NCBI GenBank assembly: GCA_963755715.1
Contig: CAVWLW010000059.1
Location: forward strand, 160,001-224,000
Direction: 5' to 3'
Length of the DNA: 64,000 nt
From: an uncultured delta proteobacterium
GTDB taxonomy: Bacteria; Desulfobacterota; Binatia; UBA9968
Shown here: piece by piece, positions 10,227 through 19,780 of the stretch
How positions within the stretch are numbered: position 1 is the stretch's first letter
Layout: every line of letters begins with the position of its first letter
Program-made: the position numbers and the translations under genes
The notes under the pieces: generated by a model
The model's input: the letters and a program-made list of their open reading frames with translations, nothing else
What the model was told of the DNA's origin: nothing
The model's database searches: none

Positions 10227-11537
10227 ATGGCCGAACCTACGATCACCTGCCCGCAGTGTAAAAACGAAATCAAACTGACTGAGTCTCTCGCCGCGCCTTT
10301 GCTTGAATCCGTCAAGCGCGAGTACGAACAGCGCTTATCGCAAAAAGATGCAAACATGACCCAACGCGAACAAGCGCTCGCTGAACGCGCGCAATCTCTC
10401 GAAAGGGTCAAAGCGACCCTCGATCAACAAGTGGCCCAAAAACTTCAACAGGAACGTGTGCGCATCGCCGCCGAAGAGCAGCAGAGAGCCAAGCTTGCTC
10501 TCGGCAATGACCTCGATCAAAAAACGAATGAAATCAGTAGTCTTCAAGAGGTTCTAAAACAAAGAGATATAAAACTTGCAGAGGCGCAGAAAGCGCAGGC
10601 GGAGCTGATCCGCAAACAGCGTGAACTGGACGATGCTAAGCGCGAACTCGATTTGACCGTAGAGAAGAGAGTTCAGGCCGACCTCACCGCCGAACGCGAC
10701 AAAGCTCGGAAAGAAGCCGAGGAAGAATTGAAGCTCAAAGTAATGGAAAAGGACCAAACCATTACAGCGATGCAAAAACAGATCGAAGACTTGAGACGGC
10801 GCGCCGAGCAGGGCTCGCAGCAACTTCAAGGAGAAGTTCAGGAAATGGAGCTAGAGGCCTTGCTTACTGCCAAATTTCCACGCGACACGATCCAGCCCGT
10901 GCCCAAAGGCGAGTTTGGCGGCGATGTGCTCCACCGAGTCATCGGACCGCTCAATCAAGTTTGCGGAACGATTCTTTGGGAATGCAAGCGCACGAAAAGC
11001 TGGAGCGATGGCTGGCTGCCCAAGCTCCGTGAAGACCAACGCGCGGCAAAAGCCGAGATCGCGGTGATCATCAGCCAGGCTTTACCGAAAGAGGTCGAGA
11101 CGTTCGGTTTGATCGACGGCGTCTGGATCGCCGACCCGAAAGTTGCCTTGCCGCTCGCGCTTTCATTGCGCCAAACGTTAATTGAAGTCGCCAGCGCACG
11201 CCAAGCCTCGGAAGGCCAGCAAACCAAAATGGAAATGGTCTACAGCTATCTCACCGGGCCGCGCTTTCGTCAACGTGTTCAAGCGATTGTCGAAGCCTTC
11301 TCATCCATGAAAGAAGATCTGGACCGGGAGAAAAAGGCGATTATCCGCCAATGGGCCAAGCGCGAAGAGCAGATCGACCGCGTCATGCAGGCGACGGTCG
11401 GCATGTATGGCGACCTCCAGGGTATCGCCGGAAAAACTTTGCAGGAGATCGAAGGCTTGGAATTTCAGGAGGCGCTGGAATCGCCTGTCGAAGAGGATGA
11501 GCCCGATCCGCAAGTAGGGCTTTTCAAGATGAAATAG
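10227..11537 (+). CDS. DUF2130 family protein (Zn-knuckle, long coiled coil, RmuC/PD-(D/E)xK-like C-terminus)
   Basis: ITCPQC, GSQQLQGEVQE, GGDV...ILWECKRTKSW. Confidence 0.85.
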   Translation: MAEPTITCPQCKNEIKLTESLAAPLLESVKREYEQRLSQKDANMTQREQALAERAQSLERVKATLDQQVAQKLQQERVRIAAEEQQRAKLALGNDLDQKTNEISSLQEVLKQRDIKLAEAQKAQAELIRKQRELDDAKRELDLTVEKRVQADLTAERDKARKEAEEELKLKVMEKDQTITAMQKQIEDLRRRAEQGSQQLQGEVQEMELEALLTAKFPRDTIQPVPKGEFGGDVLHRVIGPLNQVCGTILWECKRTKSWSDGWLPKLREDQRAAKAEIAVIISQALPKEVETFGLIDGVWIADPKVALPLALSLRQTLIEVASARQASEGQQTKMEMVYSYLTGPRFRQRVQAIVEAFSSMKEDLDREKKAIIRQWAKREEQIDRVMQATVGMYGDLQGIAGKTLQEIEGLEFQEALESPVEEDEPDPQVGLFKMK

Positions 11538-11545
11538 TCCGAGGG

Positions 11546-12013
11546 ATGCCTAACCTCATCATTGAGACACGAATCCGCGCTCCTATTGATATTTGCTTCG
11601 ATCTGGCGCGAGACGTGGACGCTCACACCGAATCAGCCGCATTCTCCTCAGAGCGCGTCGTTGAACCTGGTCGAACACATGGTCTGCTCGAAGTCGGCGA
11701 TATCGTCGCATTCGAGGGCCGACACTTCGGAATGAAGCAGCGCTTCGTGGCGCGAATCACTGCACTCGATCGGCCACAACGATTCGTCGATGAGATGATT
11801 CAGGGCGCGTTCAAACGGCTCCGGCACGTGCACGAATTCGAATTCAAAAATGGCGTAACTACGATGCGCGATACCCTTGAGTGGGAACCGCCCTTCGGTT
11901 TTATTGGTCGTCTCGCCGACTTTCTCTTCTTGCGTCGTCACATGCGCTGGTTCGTTAGCACGAAACAAAGCGCCCTCAAGACTATCGCGGAAAGCCGCGC
12001 AAATTCGCCATAA
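11546..12013 (+). CDS. SRPBCC/START-fold family protein
   Basis: CFDLARDVDAH, FVDEMIQGAFKRLRHVHEF. Confidence 0.85.
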   Translation: MPNLIIETRIRAPIDICFDLARDVDAHTESAAFSSERVVEPGRTHGLLEVGDIVAFEGRHFGMKQRFVARITALDRPQRFVDEMIQGAFKRLRHVHEFEFKNGVTTMRDTLEWEPPFGFIGRLADFLFLRRHMRWFVSTKQSALKTIAESRANSP

Positions 12014-12199
12014 AACACCCATGCACGACGGTCGAAGAGAGTTGTTGAAGATAACTAGCTGTAAAATTCAGCAGCTCCGAAATTCCGCTCATGATGGGTT
12101 ACCGAACCATGCGAACCAGTGTGTCTGCGTGTAATCTTTTCTCGCTTCACTCTCTTGTAGAGCTTCGTGGCAAAACCGAGTATGCTTCGCCGCGTCAAA

Positions 12200-12296
12200 T
12201 TTCGATCAACTGGTCTGGCGAAAAGAAGTTCAGTTCGATCAGTCGACGTTTACCTGGCTCGGCACGCCGACTCAGGTCGAACAGATCATCTTCTGA
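12200..12296 (+). pseudogene. Internal fragment of a Bug/TctC gene
   Basis: Reads FDQLVWRKEVQFDQSTFTWLGTPTQVEQII, compared with FDQLVGKKEVQFDWPKFTWLGTPTQIEQLI at about 20078-20170. Confidence 0.8.
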
Positions 12297-12769
12297 AGGA
12301 ATGCCCGCTCCCTCGCCCCGAGGGCCGGCCGAGACAGTACGTTGCGCTTAGGATTACTCAAAACGTTTATCCCATCTCTGGTTGAGGACAATCTCTGGCC
12401 AGAGGGTATTAGCTTCTGCATTGCTTGTAGTTTCCAGAGCGCGAGACCTTTGCGCAAATAATTCGGATCCATTTCCACGGCTTCACAGATGTTCATGAAA
12501 GAAAAGGGCCATTTATGATCGTCTTTGAAAATCCAGTCTTCCGTATCTTTGAAGAGACGATCAGCATACTGTCCCGGCAAAAGGGAATACTTTTGAAAGC
12601 ATTCGACTGCATCTAGCAAAATCGCGAACATGAGTCTCTTTTCGGGTTGGAGACAGCTGGTTCCGTCCCATCGGCCAAAATATTCCTGGACGGTGAGAAT
12701 GTCCAACTTTGACGATGAACCAACCGGGTCGAAAGCGCGGGCTCTGTAATTTAGCGTTTTGCTGTTCAC
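12272..12769 (-). CDS. Hypothetical protein
   Basis: PEKRLMFAILLDAVECFQKY...WPFSFMNICEAVEMDPNYLRKGL, a pattern recalled from a lineage-expanded small protein family. Confidence 0.7.
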   Translation of the reverse strand: MNSKTLNYRARAFDPVGSSSKLDILTVQEYFGRWDGTSCLQPEKRLMFAILLDAVECFQKYSLLPGQYADRLFKDTEDWIFKDDHKWPFSFMNICEAVEMDPNYLRKGLALWKLQAMQKLIPSGQRLSSTRDGINVLSNPKRNVLSRPALGARERAFLQKMICST

Positions 12770-12818
12770 GGGTACGACCTTCTGCGCGAAATTTGCGACT
12801 TATTCACTTGCTGAATGA

Positions 12819-13160
12819 TTACGGATTCCAACTAGTTCGCATGGGCGCCACTGCCATGAACAAAGACTCTTCACCGGGCGAGCAGAGCGAGCCAGCACCA
12901 GAACCGAAATGCGCAAGGCTGATTCTATCTTCGATATAAGGAACCGCATTAGGATAAAATTGGCGCGCGTGATCGAGAAGAAGTTTTGCCTCGCCGATCC
13001 GGCACAGAAATTCTACAATGTTCTCGTCCTGGCTTTCCTTGGGCATGTGAATGATTAGGGAATTTATTAAAATGGCATATTCTCGACTGGACAAAAGGCA
13101 TCGGCCCATAAACCCTTGATAGATTCCGATTGGCAGCTTGACGAGAACCGTCATATGCAC
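12819..13160 (-). CDS. Hypothetical protein
   Basis: 113-aa ORF co-oriented with its neighbour; AGGA upstream. Confidence 0.55.
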   Translation of the reverse strand: MHMTVLVKLPIGIYQGFMGRCLLSSREYAILINSLIIHMPKESQDENIVEFLCRIGEAKLLLDHARQFYPNAVPYIEDRISLAHFGSGAGSLCSPGEESLFMAVAPMRTSWNP

Positions 13161-13358
13161 TCATCGTCCTGTGAATGGCCCAACTTTGATTTTCGTCATA
13201 AACTTAGTGACCGTTCAAGTAGTGTCGCAAAATATTCTTGGCGCGTTTCTCCCATCGCAACGGTCACTGTTTGCGGTGTAGCTATCCTATGGCCTGGATT
13301 GTGATTCGAGGCGGACAGCCATCGGATACTGTGCGAACTCGTTTTTGATTGCAGTCAC

Positions 13359-13697
13359 ATGGCCAACAAAAAACTGCCTAATCGAGCTCTAAGCGGCGCG
13401 CAGCTCGCCAAAGCGATCGCCGAAAAAATATTTGGATGGAAGAACGTCCGTAAGCACGACGGCGAGCTTATCGGCAAGAAGCAGGACAGGGCTGGACGTT
13501 GGCGAAAAGCGAAAGTGCCCGATTACACCAACGACCAGCGCCAGGCCTACGCGATAGACGACCGCATGAAGCAGCTTGGACGGTGGGAGCGGTATAACCA
13601 CGAGCTTTCCAGAATGACGAAGGCGAAGAATCTTCCCCCCGAGTGGGCGACGCCCGAGCAGAGAAGTAGAGCGGCACTGAAAGCGTTAGGCGAGTAG
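13359..13697 (+). CDS. Hypothetical protein, possible phage ABA-sandwich (BC1872-like) domain
   Basis: IAEKIFGW ... KVPDYTND..AY pattern. Confidence 0.55.
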   Translation: MANKKLPNRALSGAQLAKAIAEKIFGWKNVRKHDGELIGKKQDRAGRWRKAKVPDYTNDQRQAYAIDDRMKQLGRWERYNHELSRMTKAKNLPPEWATPEQRSRAALKALGE

Positions 13698-13833
13698 AAG
13701 TCAATCAACCTACGAAAATAATCGACGCACTGCTGCGAAAGTTACGGATTCAATGAACGGTTTGATACCGTAGTTGGTTGCTTGAGCGAAAGTGATATAG
13801 ATCGAAGAAACCTAACTATACACGAGGTGAGCG

Positions 13834-14145
13834 ATGCGGTTCTTATTGAAAGTGAACATCCCGGTGGAAGCCGGAAATGCGGCAGCGAAAGCCGGAAAGC
13901 TTGGTGCGACTATCCAATCGATTCTCGCCGATTTGAAGCCGGAGACCGTTTACTTTACGGACGACAACGGTCAGCGCACCGGATTTATATTTCTCGATAT
14001 GCAGGACGCCTCGCAAATCCCGGCGATCGCTGAGCCGTGGTTTCTTGCCTTCAACGCAAGCCTTGAGATTCATCCGGTCATGATACCGGAAGACCTCGAC
14101 AAGGCCGGCGGCGCCATCGAGGCGGCGGTCAAGAAATACGCTTGA
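13834..14145 (+). CDS. Conserved hypothetical dimeric alpha/beta-barrel protein (DUF3303-like)
   Basis: LKPETVYF, GQRTG, QIPAIAEPWF, PVMIPEDL; GAGGTG RBS. Confidence 0.75.
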   Translation: MRFLLKVNIPVEAGNAAAKAGKLGATIQSILADLKPETVYFTDDNGQRTGFIFLDMQDASQIPAIAEPWFLAFNASLEIHPVMIPEDLDKAGGAIEAAVKKYA

Positions 14146-14390
14146 TCGCCCGCTCTCGATCCAACGCAAGTGAATCGCTGAAGCAATCGCCTGCTTCGGC
14201 GTGCTGCTCGTGAGCGGCCATCGTCACTGATACGACGGAATCTCCTCCATTCGTTTGGAGCGCCGCAGCGGATTTTAAAGTTCGTGAGAGAGCAAAGCAC
14301 TGCGCCGGAAGCCTGCTGGGCACGAGCACTTCATCATCCTGATACGGCATGATAATGAAATCTTTATCTACTGGTGAAATTGCGCCAACG

Positions 14391-14888
14391 ATGATCACCC
14401 TCGAGGTCGTCACTTCTGAAAACGCCATGGTCTTCAAAGGCGTCCGCCTGCGCGCCCTGCAGGACACGCCGAGCGCGTTCAGCTCCACCTACGCCGATGA
14501 ATCTCAACTAACCGATACCGAGTGGCTGAACCGGGTGACGCAGTGGAGCGGTAAACGATCCAGGACCTATCTTGCAATGGACACGGCCGGTCCATGCGGG
14601 ATCGCGGGTGGATTTTTCGATCAAGACGATTTACATCGCGCGCACCTGGTGTCGATGTGGGTGGCGCCGACCTATCGCCAGCTGGGAATCGGCGCTCAAT
14701 TGGTCAACGCCATCGTCGACTGGGTCCGCGCCGAAGGCGCTCGTACTTTGCGCTTGATCGTGACGAGCAACAACGATGGCGCGATCGAGTTTTACCAAAG
14801 CCTCGGGTTTACGATAACGGCGAAAATCGGCCCCTATCGCAACGATCCTGCTCTCAACGATCTTGAAATGGTCCGTTCGATTTCCTGA
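14391..14888 (+). CDS. GNAT N-acetyltransferase
   Basis: RLRALQDTPSAF, LVSMWVAPTYRQLGIG, AIEFYQSLGF. Confidence 0.9.
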   Translation: MITLEVVTSENAMVFKGVRLRALQDTPSAFSSTYADESQLTDTEWLNRVTQWSGKRSRTYLAMDTAGPCGIAGGFFDQDDLHRAHLVSMWVAPTYRQLGIGAQLVNAIVDWVRAEGARTLRLIVTSNNDGAIEFYQSLGFTITAKIGPYRNDPALNDLEMVRSIS

Positions 14889-14972
14889 CGTCGGTATTAT
14901 TGTCACGATCGACTGTGCGGGCCGGCACGCTATAGTTTTCAGATCGAGCTGACCCTGCGCACCCATTCGGCT

Positions 14973-15632
14973 ATGACCGTCCCCGATAATGATCAGAGCT
15001 TTCTCTGTTCCGACGCTACCCCAGCCGCGATGGATCAATATTGGGCCGAAGGATGGCGTCACTTCGGCATCTTTTTTTTCCGCTACTTGACCGCGCTTCA
15101 CGGGGGAAAGCAATTTACCGTTCTACCTTTGAGGATCGATCTCGAGCGCTTCGTCCTCACGCGCAGCCAAAAGCGCGTGCTCGCTAAGAATGAAGATACG
15201 AGAATACTGATGCGCCCGACATCGATCGATGAAGAAAAAGCCGCGCTATTTTTGCGACATCGGCGCCGCTTCAAGGACAACGTTCCGTCCTCGCTAAAAG
15301 ACTTTCTGTCGCCCTATCCCGCTTCGGCTCCTTGTCTCAATCTGGAGCTTTGCGTTTACGTCGGCCCGGAGCTCCTGGGTGTCACCTTTCTCGACGTCGG
15401 ATACACCGCGACTTCCGCGGTCTACGCCATCTTCGACCCGGCCGAAGCGAAACGCAGCTTAGGCATCTTGATGATGCTCCGTTCAATCGAATTCTCTCGT
15501 CAGCGCGGCTATCGCTACTATTACCCTGGTTACGCCTACCAAGAACCGTTTATCTATGACTACAAGAAGCGGTTCATTGGTTTGGAATATCTCGACTGGA
15601 AGACGGGATGGAAGGCGTTCGCCAAAACCTAG
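14973..15632 (+). CDS. Aminoacyl-tRNA--protein transferase (ATE1/Bpt-like)
   Basis: GWRHFG, LTRSQKRV, SAVYAIFDP, RSLGI, YYYPGY, YKKRF. Confidence 0.8.
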   Translation: MTVPDNDQSFLCSDATPAAMDQYWAEGWRHFGIFFFRYLTALHGGKQFTVLPLRIDLERFVLTRSQKRVLAKNEDTRILMRPTSIDEEKAALFLRHRRRFKDNVPSSLKDFLSPYPASAPCLNLELCVYVGPELLGVTFLDVGYTATSAVYAIFDPAEAKRSLGILMMLRSIEFSRQRGYRYYYPGYAYQEPFIYDYKKRFIGLEYLDWKTGWKAFAKT

Positions 15633-15866
15633 ATCGGTGAGCGGCCAAGCCCGACTTGTCGATTCTTTTTTTGCATAAGCGTGTAGGGCGAAATTAAATT
15701 AGTTTTCGTCGCACACTGCCCTAAACCAGAACTTCCCGTTAGCCTGCCGGAAAGATTTTTTACACCATCGGGTTTTGCTCGCATTGGCACGACGCGCACG
15801 TCCATTCGCTCTTGCTAAGTGAAATTCAATCATCCCTTAGCGGAAAGTCACCTTTGCGCGCGCCTC

Positions 15867-15913
15867 TTGACAAATATTGCAGATCGTAATATCTAAATAG
15901 CAATTAGCAATAT
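15867..15913 (+). promoter_or_regulatory. TTGACA box plus two tandem palindromic operators (ATATTGC-N5-GCAATAT consensus)
   Basis: ATATTGCagatcGTAATAT (15874-15892) and AAATAGCaattaGCAATAT (15895-15913). Confidence 0.55.
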
Positions 15914-16400
15914 GAAACTAGGCGCCAAACTCCGATACTTGCGCGAAGTCGAAGGCACGCTTCGCGGATTGGGACGCGCGATGACACAGCAAGAAATCGT
16001 TCGCTCGGTCAAGAAGGAACTCGGTAAGACGATCAGCCAGTCTTATCTCTCGCAGATCGAGAGTGGCGCGCGCCCTCACCTGACCAACTCCACGCGCATG
16101 CTGCTGGCGCGATTCTTCAAGGTGCATCCGGGTTACCTCGTCGACGATCCGGAAGGTTATTCGACCGAGCTGCTTTCGGACGTCGGCGTGCTCGAAGACA
16201 AATTGGATCTTTGGCTGATTAGCGGCGCGGAGCGTTTTAGACGCGATCTCGACTTGCACGAGGCCCTCGTGACCATCGCTCGCCACGAAGATTCGCGTAT
16301 GTGCCTGGTGCTGCTCGGCGCCATCATTGATAACCCCGGCCTAGCCGAGCGCCTTCTGCAGGTGCTCAAGCCGGCAGCGGAAAGGAGGAATGCAAAATGA
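15912..16400 (+). CDS. XRE-family HTH transcriptional regulator
   Basis: LGAKLRYLR...MTQQEI...ISQSYLSQIESG. Confidence 0.85.
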   Translation: MKLGAKLRYLREVEGTLRGLGRAMTQQEIVRSVKKELGKTISQSYLSQIESGARPHLTNSTRMLLARFFKVHPGYLVDDPEGYSTELLSDVGVLEDKLDLWLISGAERFRRDLDLHEALVTIARHEDSRMCLVLLGAIIDNPGLAERLLQVLKPAAERRNAK

Positions 16401-17006
16401 CTTGGGCTGATTTCTACCTCATCTGTTTTTTTCTGGGCTTCGTCCTCAGTGTGCTTTCGCTGCTGGGAAGTTTGCATCTGCACCTACCGCATTTCGATTT
16501 CCACATCGGCGGGGATCATGCGCATGCTCCCCACTCGGGCGGAGGCCACGCGCGGTGAAGTTGCGCCGATTAATTTCGGCACCGTCGCGGCATTTCTCGC
16601 CTGGTTCGGCGGCACGGGTTATTTGCTCGCGCGGTTTTCTACCTTCTGGTTCCTGCTCGGTTTCGTCATTGCTTGCGCGAGTGGGTTCGTCGGAGCGGCG
16701 ATCGTGTTCTTTTTCCTCGCCAAGGTGCTCATTCGCCACGACGAGGAACTGAACCCGGCGGACTACGATATGATCGGCGTGCTCGGCACCCTAAGCAGCA
16801 ACATTCGACCGTCCGGCACCGGCGAGATGATCTTTTCGCAGGCGGGTACTCGTCGCGCCGCTCCCGCGCGCAGCGATGACGGAATCGAAATCGCTAAAGG
16901 AACCGAAGTCGTTGTGACACGGTACGAGCGCGGCGTTGCCTATGTCCGGCCCTGGGAAGAGCTGACAAATTCTGCGGCACCATCAAACGAAATAAAGGAG
17001 GACTAA
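16397..17006 (+). CDS. NfeD-like membrane protein with His-rich loop (frameshift at about 16550)
   Basis: ATGA overlap; MTWADFYLICFFLGF..., FLAWFGGTG, C-terminal OB-fold GTEVVVTRYERGVAYV. Confidence 0.8.
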
Positions 17007-17010
17007 ATAT

Positions 17011-18433
17011 ATGAGCTTGGAAATTATTTTCGCCATCGCGGGCCTGATGGCATTGACTCTCATTTTGCTGATGTCGATGTTCGCTCGGCTCTACCGCAAG
17101 GCCGGGCCCCATGAGGCTCTAGTGGTGTATGGTTTTCGCGGCACAAGAATTATCAAAGGGCGAGGCTCGGTGATTTTTCCCGATGGTGGAGAATTGCAAG
17201 CTGCTCTCCCTGGAACTGATGTCTTTCGACGTCGCGCCCCAGCAAGATCTCTATACAAAACAGGGCGTCGCGGTAACGGTGGAAGCCGTCGCGCAGATCA
17301 AGGTCAAATCCGATCCCGAGTCGATTCAGACCGCTTCCGAACAGTTTCTCACGAAGACACCGCAGGAGCGCGAGGGATTGATCCGCCTGGTGCTGGAAGG
17401 CCACCTGCGCGGGATCATCGGTCAGCTCACGGTGGAAGAGATCGTCAAGCAGCCCGAAATGGTCGGCGACCGCATGCGCTCCACCTGCGCCGACGATATG
17501 AACAAGATGGGACTGGAGGTCATCTCGTTCACGATTAAAGAAGTCCGTGACAAAAACGATTACATCACCAACATGGGCCGGCCCGATATCGCGAGGATCA
17601 AGCGGGACGCCGACGTCGCCGCCGCCGAAGCCGAGCGCGACACCGCGATCAAGCGCGCGGAGGCCATGCGCGCATCCGCCGTCGCCAAGGCCCAGGCCGA
17701 CAAGGAACGGGTGCTCGCAGAAACGATTTCGCAGGCGGCGCAGGCGGAAGCCCAGCGCGATCTTCAACTCAAGCAGGCGAATTTCCTCGAAGCTGTCCAG
17801 AAGCAGAAGGCGTCCGCAGACAAGGCGTACGAGATCCAGACAAATGTCATGCAGCAGCAGGTCATGGCCGAGCAGGTCAAGATCGAGCAGGTCCAGAAAA
17901 CCGGCCAGATCGCCGTGCAGGAAGCTGAGATTCAACGCCGCGAGCGCGAGTTGATCGCGACGGTGCTCAAGCAGGCCGAAATCGAGCGGCGCAGAATCGA
18001 GATGCTGGCCGAGGCCCAAAAGCAGAAGTTGATATTGGAAGCCGACGGCCAGGCTGCCTCTACCCGCGCGACGGGCGAAGCGGAAGCCGAAATCATTTTC
18101 AAGAAGGGCGAGGCCGAAGCAAAGGCCATGAACGTGAAGGCCGAAGCTTATCAGGAGTACAACCAGGCGGCGGTCATCGACAAGCTCATCACCAGCATGC
18201 CGGAGATCGTCAAGGCGCTCGCTTCGCCGCTCGCCAACGTCGACAAGATCACGATCGTGTCGACGGGCAACGGCAATGCCGCCGGCATGAACAAGATCAC
18301 GGGCGACGTGGCAGCGATGGCCGCGCAAATTCCCGCGTTGTTCGAAACGCTTTCCGGAGTGCAGTTCTCGGACCTGCTATCCAAAGTCAAAATGATTGGA
18401 GACAAAGCGCCCAAGCCTGACGACAAGGGCTAA
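17011..18433 (+). CDS. Flotillin (SPFH domain) protein (frameshift at about 17180)
   Basis: N-terminal TM, YRKAGPHEALVV, LEGHLRGIIGQLTVEEI, AEAE repeats, VDKITIVSTG. Confidence 0.9.
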
Positions 18434-18465
18434 GGCATAGCTAAGCAATAAAATAGGAGGTTTGT

Positions 18466-19125
18466 ATGGCTTTATTGGAAAGAGTATCGACGTTGATCCG
18501 GGCCAATCTGAACGATCTGATCGACAAGGCTGAGGATCCTGAAAAGATGATCAAACAGGTGATCCTGGATATGCAGAACCAGCTCATGCAGGTGAAGACC
18601 CAGGTCGCCATCGCGATTGCCGATCAGCACGTGCTGGAGAAAAAGCAGAAGGAGAACGCAGAGAAGGAAGCTGAATGGATGCGCAAGGCCGAATTGGCCG
18701 TGGACAAGAAGCAGGATGATCTCGCGCGCGCCGCCCTCGATCGCTCTATGAGCTACAAACAAATGGCGGAAAGCTTCGACTCGCTAGTCGCGGATCAGAA
18801 GACGGAGGTCGATAACCTGAAGTCGGCCCTGCACAAGCTGGAGCAGAAGCTGGCCGAGGCCGAATCGAAGAGCGAAATGCTGATCGCGCAGCACCGTAGG
18901 TCGCGGGCATTGGCTAAAGCGAGCGACGCGCAGATGGCGATCGGCGATAAGTCGAAAACCGCTACGTTCGACCGGATGAAGAGCAAGGTACGTCACGCTG
19001 ACGCGGTCAGCCACGCCAAGGCCGAAATGGCCAATGACAGCGTCGAGGACAAGCTGGCCGCTTTGGAGAAGCAAGACGTCATCGAAAAACTGCTGAACGA
19101 AATCAAAGCGCGGCGCGCCGGGTAG
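18466..19125 (+). CDS. pspA: PspA/IM30 family protein
   Basis: RANLNDLIDKAEDPEKM, AELAV...DDLARAAL, FDRMKSKV; AGGAGG RBS. Confidence 0.92.
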   Translation: MALLERVSTLIRANLNDLIDKAEDPEKMIKQVILDMQNQLMQVKTQVAIAIADQHVLEKKQKENAEKEAEWMRKAELAVDKKQDDLARAALDRSMSYKQMAESFDSLVADQKTEVDNLKSALHKLEQKLAEAESKSEMLIAQHRRSRALAKASDAQMAIGDKSKTATFDRMKSKVRHADAVSHAKAEMANDSVEDKLAALEKQDVIEKLLNEIKARRAG

Positions 19126-19128
19126 ACC

Positions 19129-19572
19129 GTGAAGAAGGTTTTCCATTTCGACTCGCAGATCGACGCGTATCGCGCCGACGCGTGTGTCGTCTCGTGCTTT
19201 GACGCGCGGTTCGAGCTGGTGACGCGCAAGTTCCTCAAGAAGCGCGGCATCTGGTGGGCCGACCCGCTGAAAATCGCCGGAGGGGCCAAAGCGTTCGCCT
19301 CTCCGGCGGAAGAATCCGAGCGCAGCTTCGCGCTGGGGCAGGTGCGAACCTCAGTGCGGCTGCACAAAACGAACCGGGTAATGCTGATGGTCCATAGTGA
19401 TTGTGGAGCGTACGGCGGATTGCAGGCGTTCGACGGCAAAGAGGAACGAGAGGCCGCAAATCATGAAGCGGAACTGCGCAGTGCCGCGGAGTTTTTAAAG
19501 AGCAACATTCCGGCAATTGAGGTAGATTGTTATTACCTTCGGTTCACCGGCGTTTGGACGCTCGAGGCATAA
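19129..19572 (+). CDS. Small beta-class carbonic-anhydrase-like protein
   Basis: Zn-ligand motifs SCFDAR (CxDxR) and HSDCGAYGG (HxxC). Confidence 0.8.
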   Translation: MKKVFHFDSQIDAYRADACVVSCFDARFELVTRKFLKKRGIWWADPLKIAGGAKAFASPAEESERSFALGQVRTSVRLHKTNRVMLMVHSDCGAYGGLQAFDGKEEREAANHEAELRSAAEFLKSNIPAIEVDCYYLRFTGVWTLEA

Positions 19573-19780
19573 ATTTCTTGGCCACCAATCCAATCGGTTT
19601 ATTTTTTTCATCAGTTAGCAATTCTCCATCATCCCGCAGAGCGTGAGGAATCTCGCCTCACGAACGCTCCGCCAAAAGAAGCACTGTTTCGCTCCTCTCA
19701 AAGGCGCGCGCTCTTGTATAAGTCGTGCGCAAACTCGGTATGGTTGCCGCGCGCACAATGCCCGTACGGGGAGGATTGCT

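Noticed and set aside
10141-13700. Further attC sites (GTTAAGC 10174, GCCTAAC 11548, GTTAGGC 13685)
   Set aside because: Only isolated core motifs are present, without paired L boxes, and two fall inside coding sequence.
17153-18328. Long antisense ORFs (also 5269-6099, 29553-30521, 37881-38648)
   Set aside because: These are shadows of well-supported genes on the opposite strand in GC-rich DNA and have no recognisable motifs.
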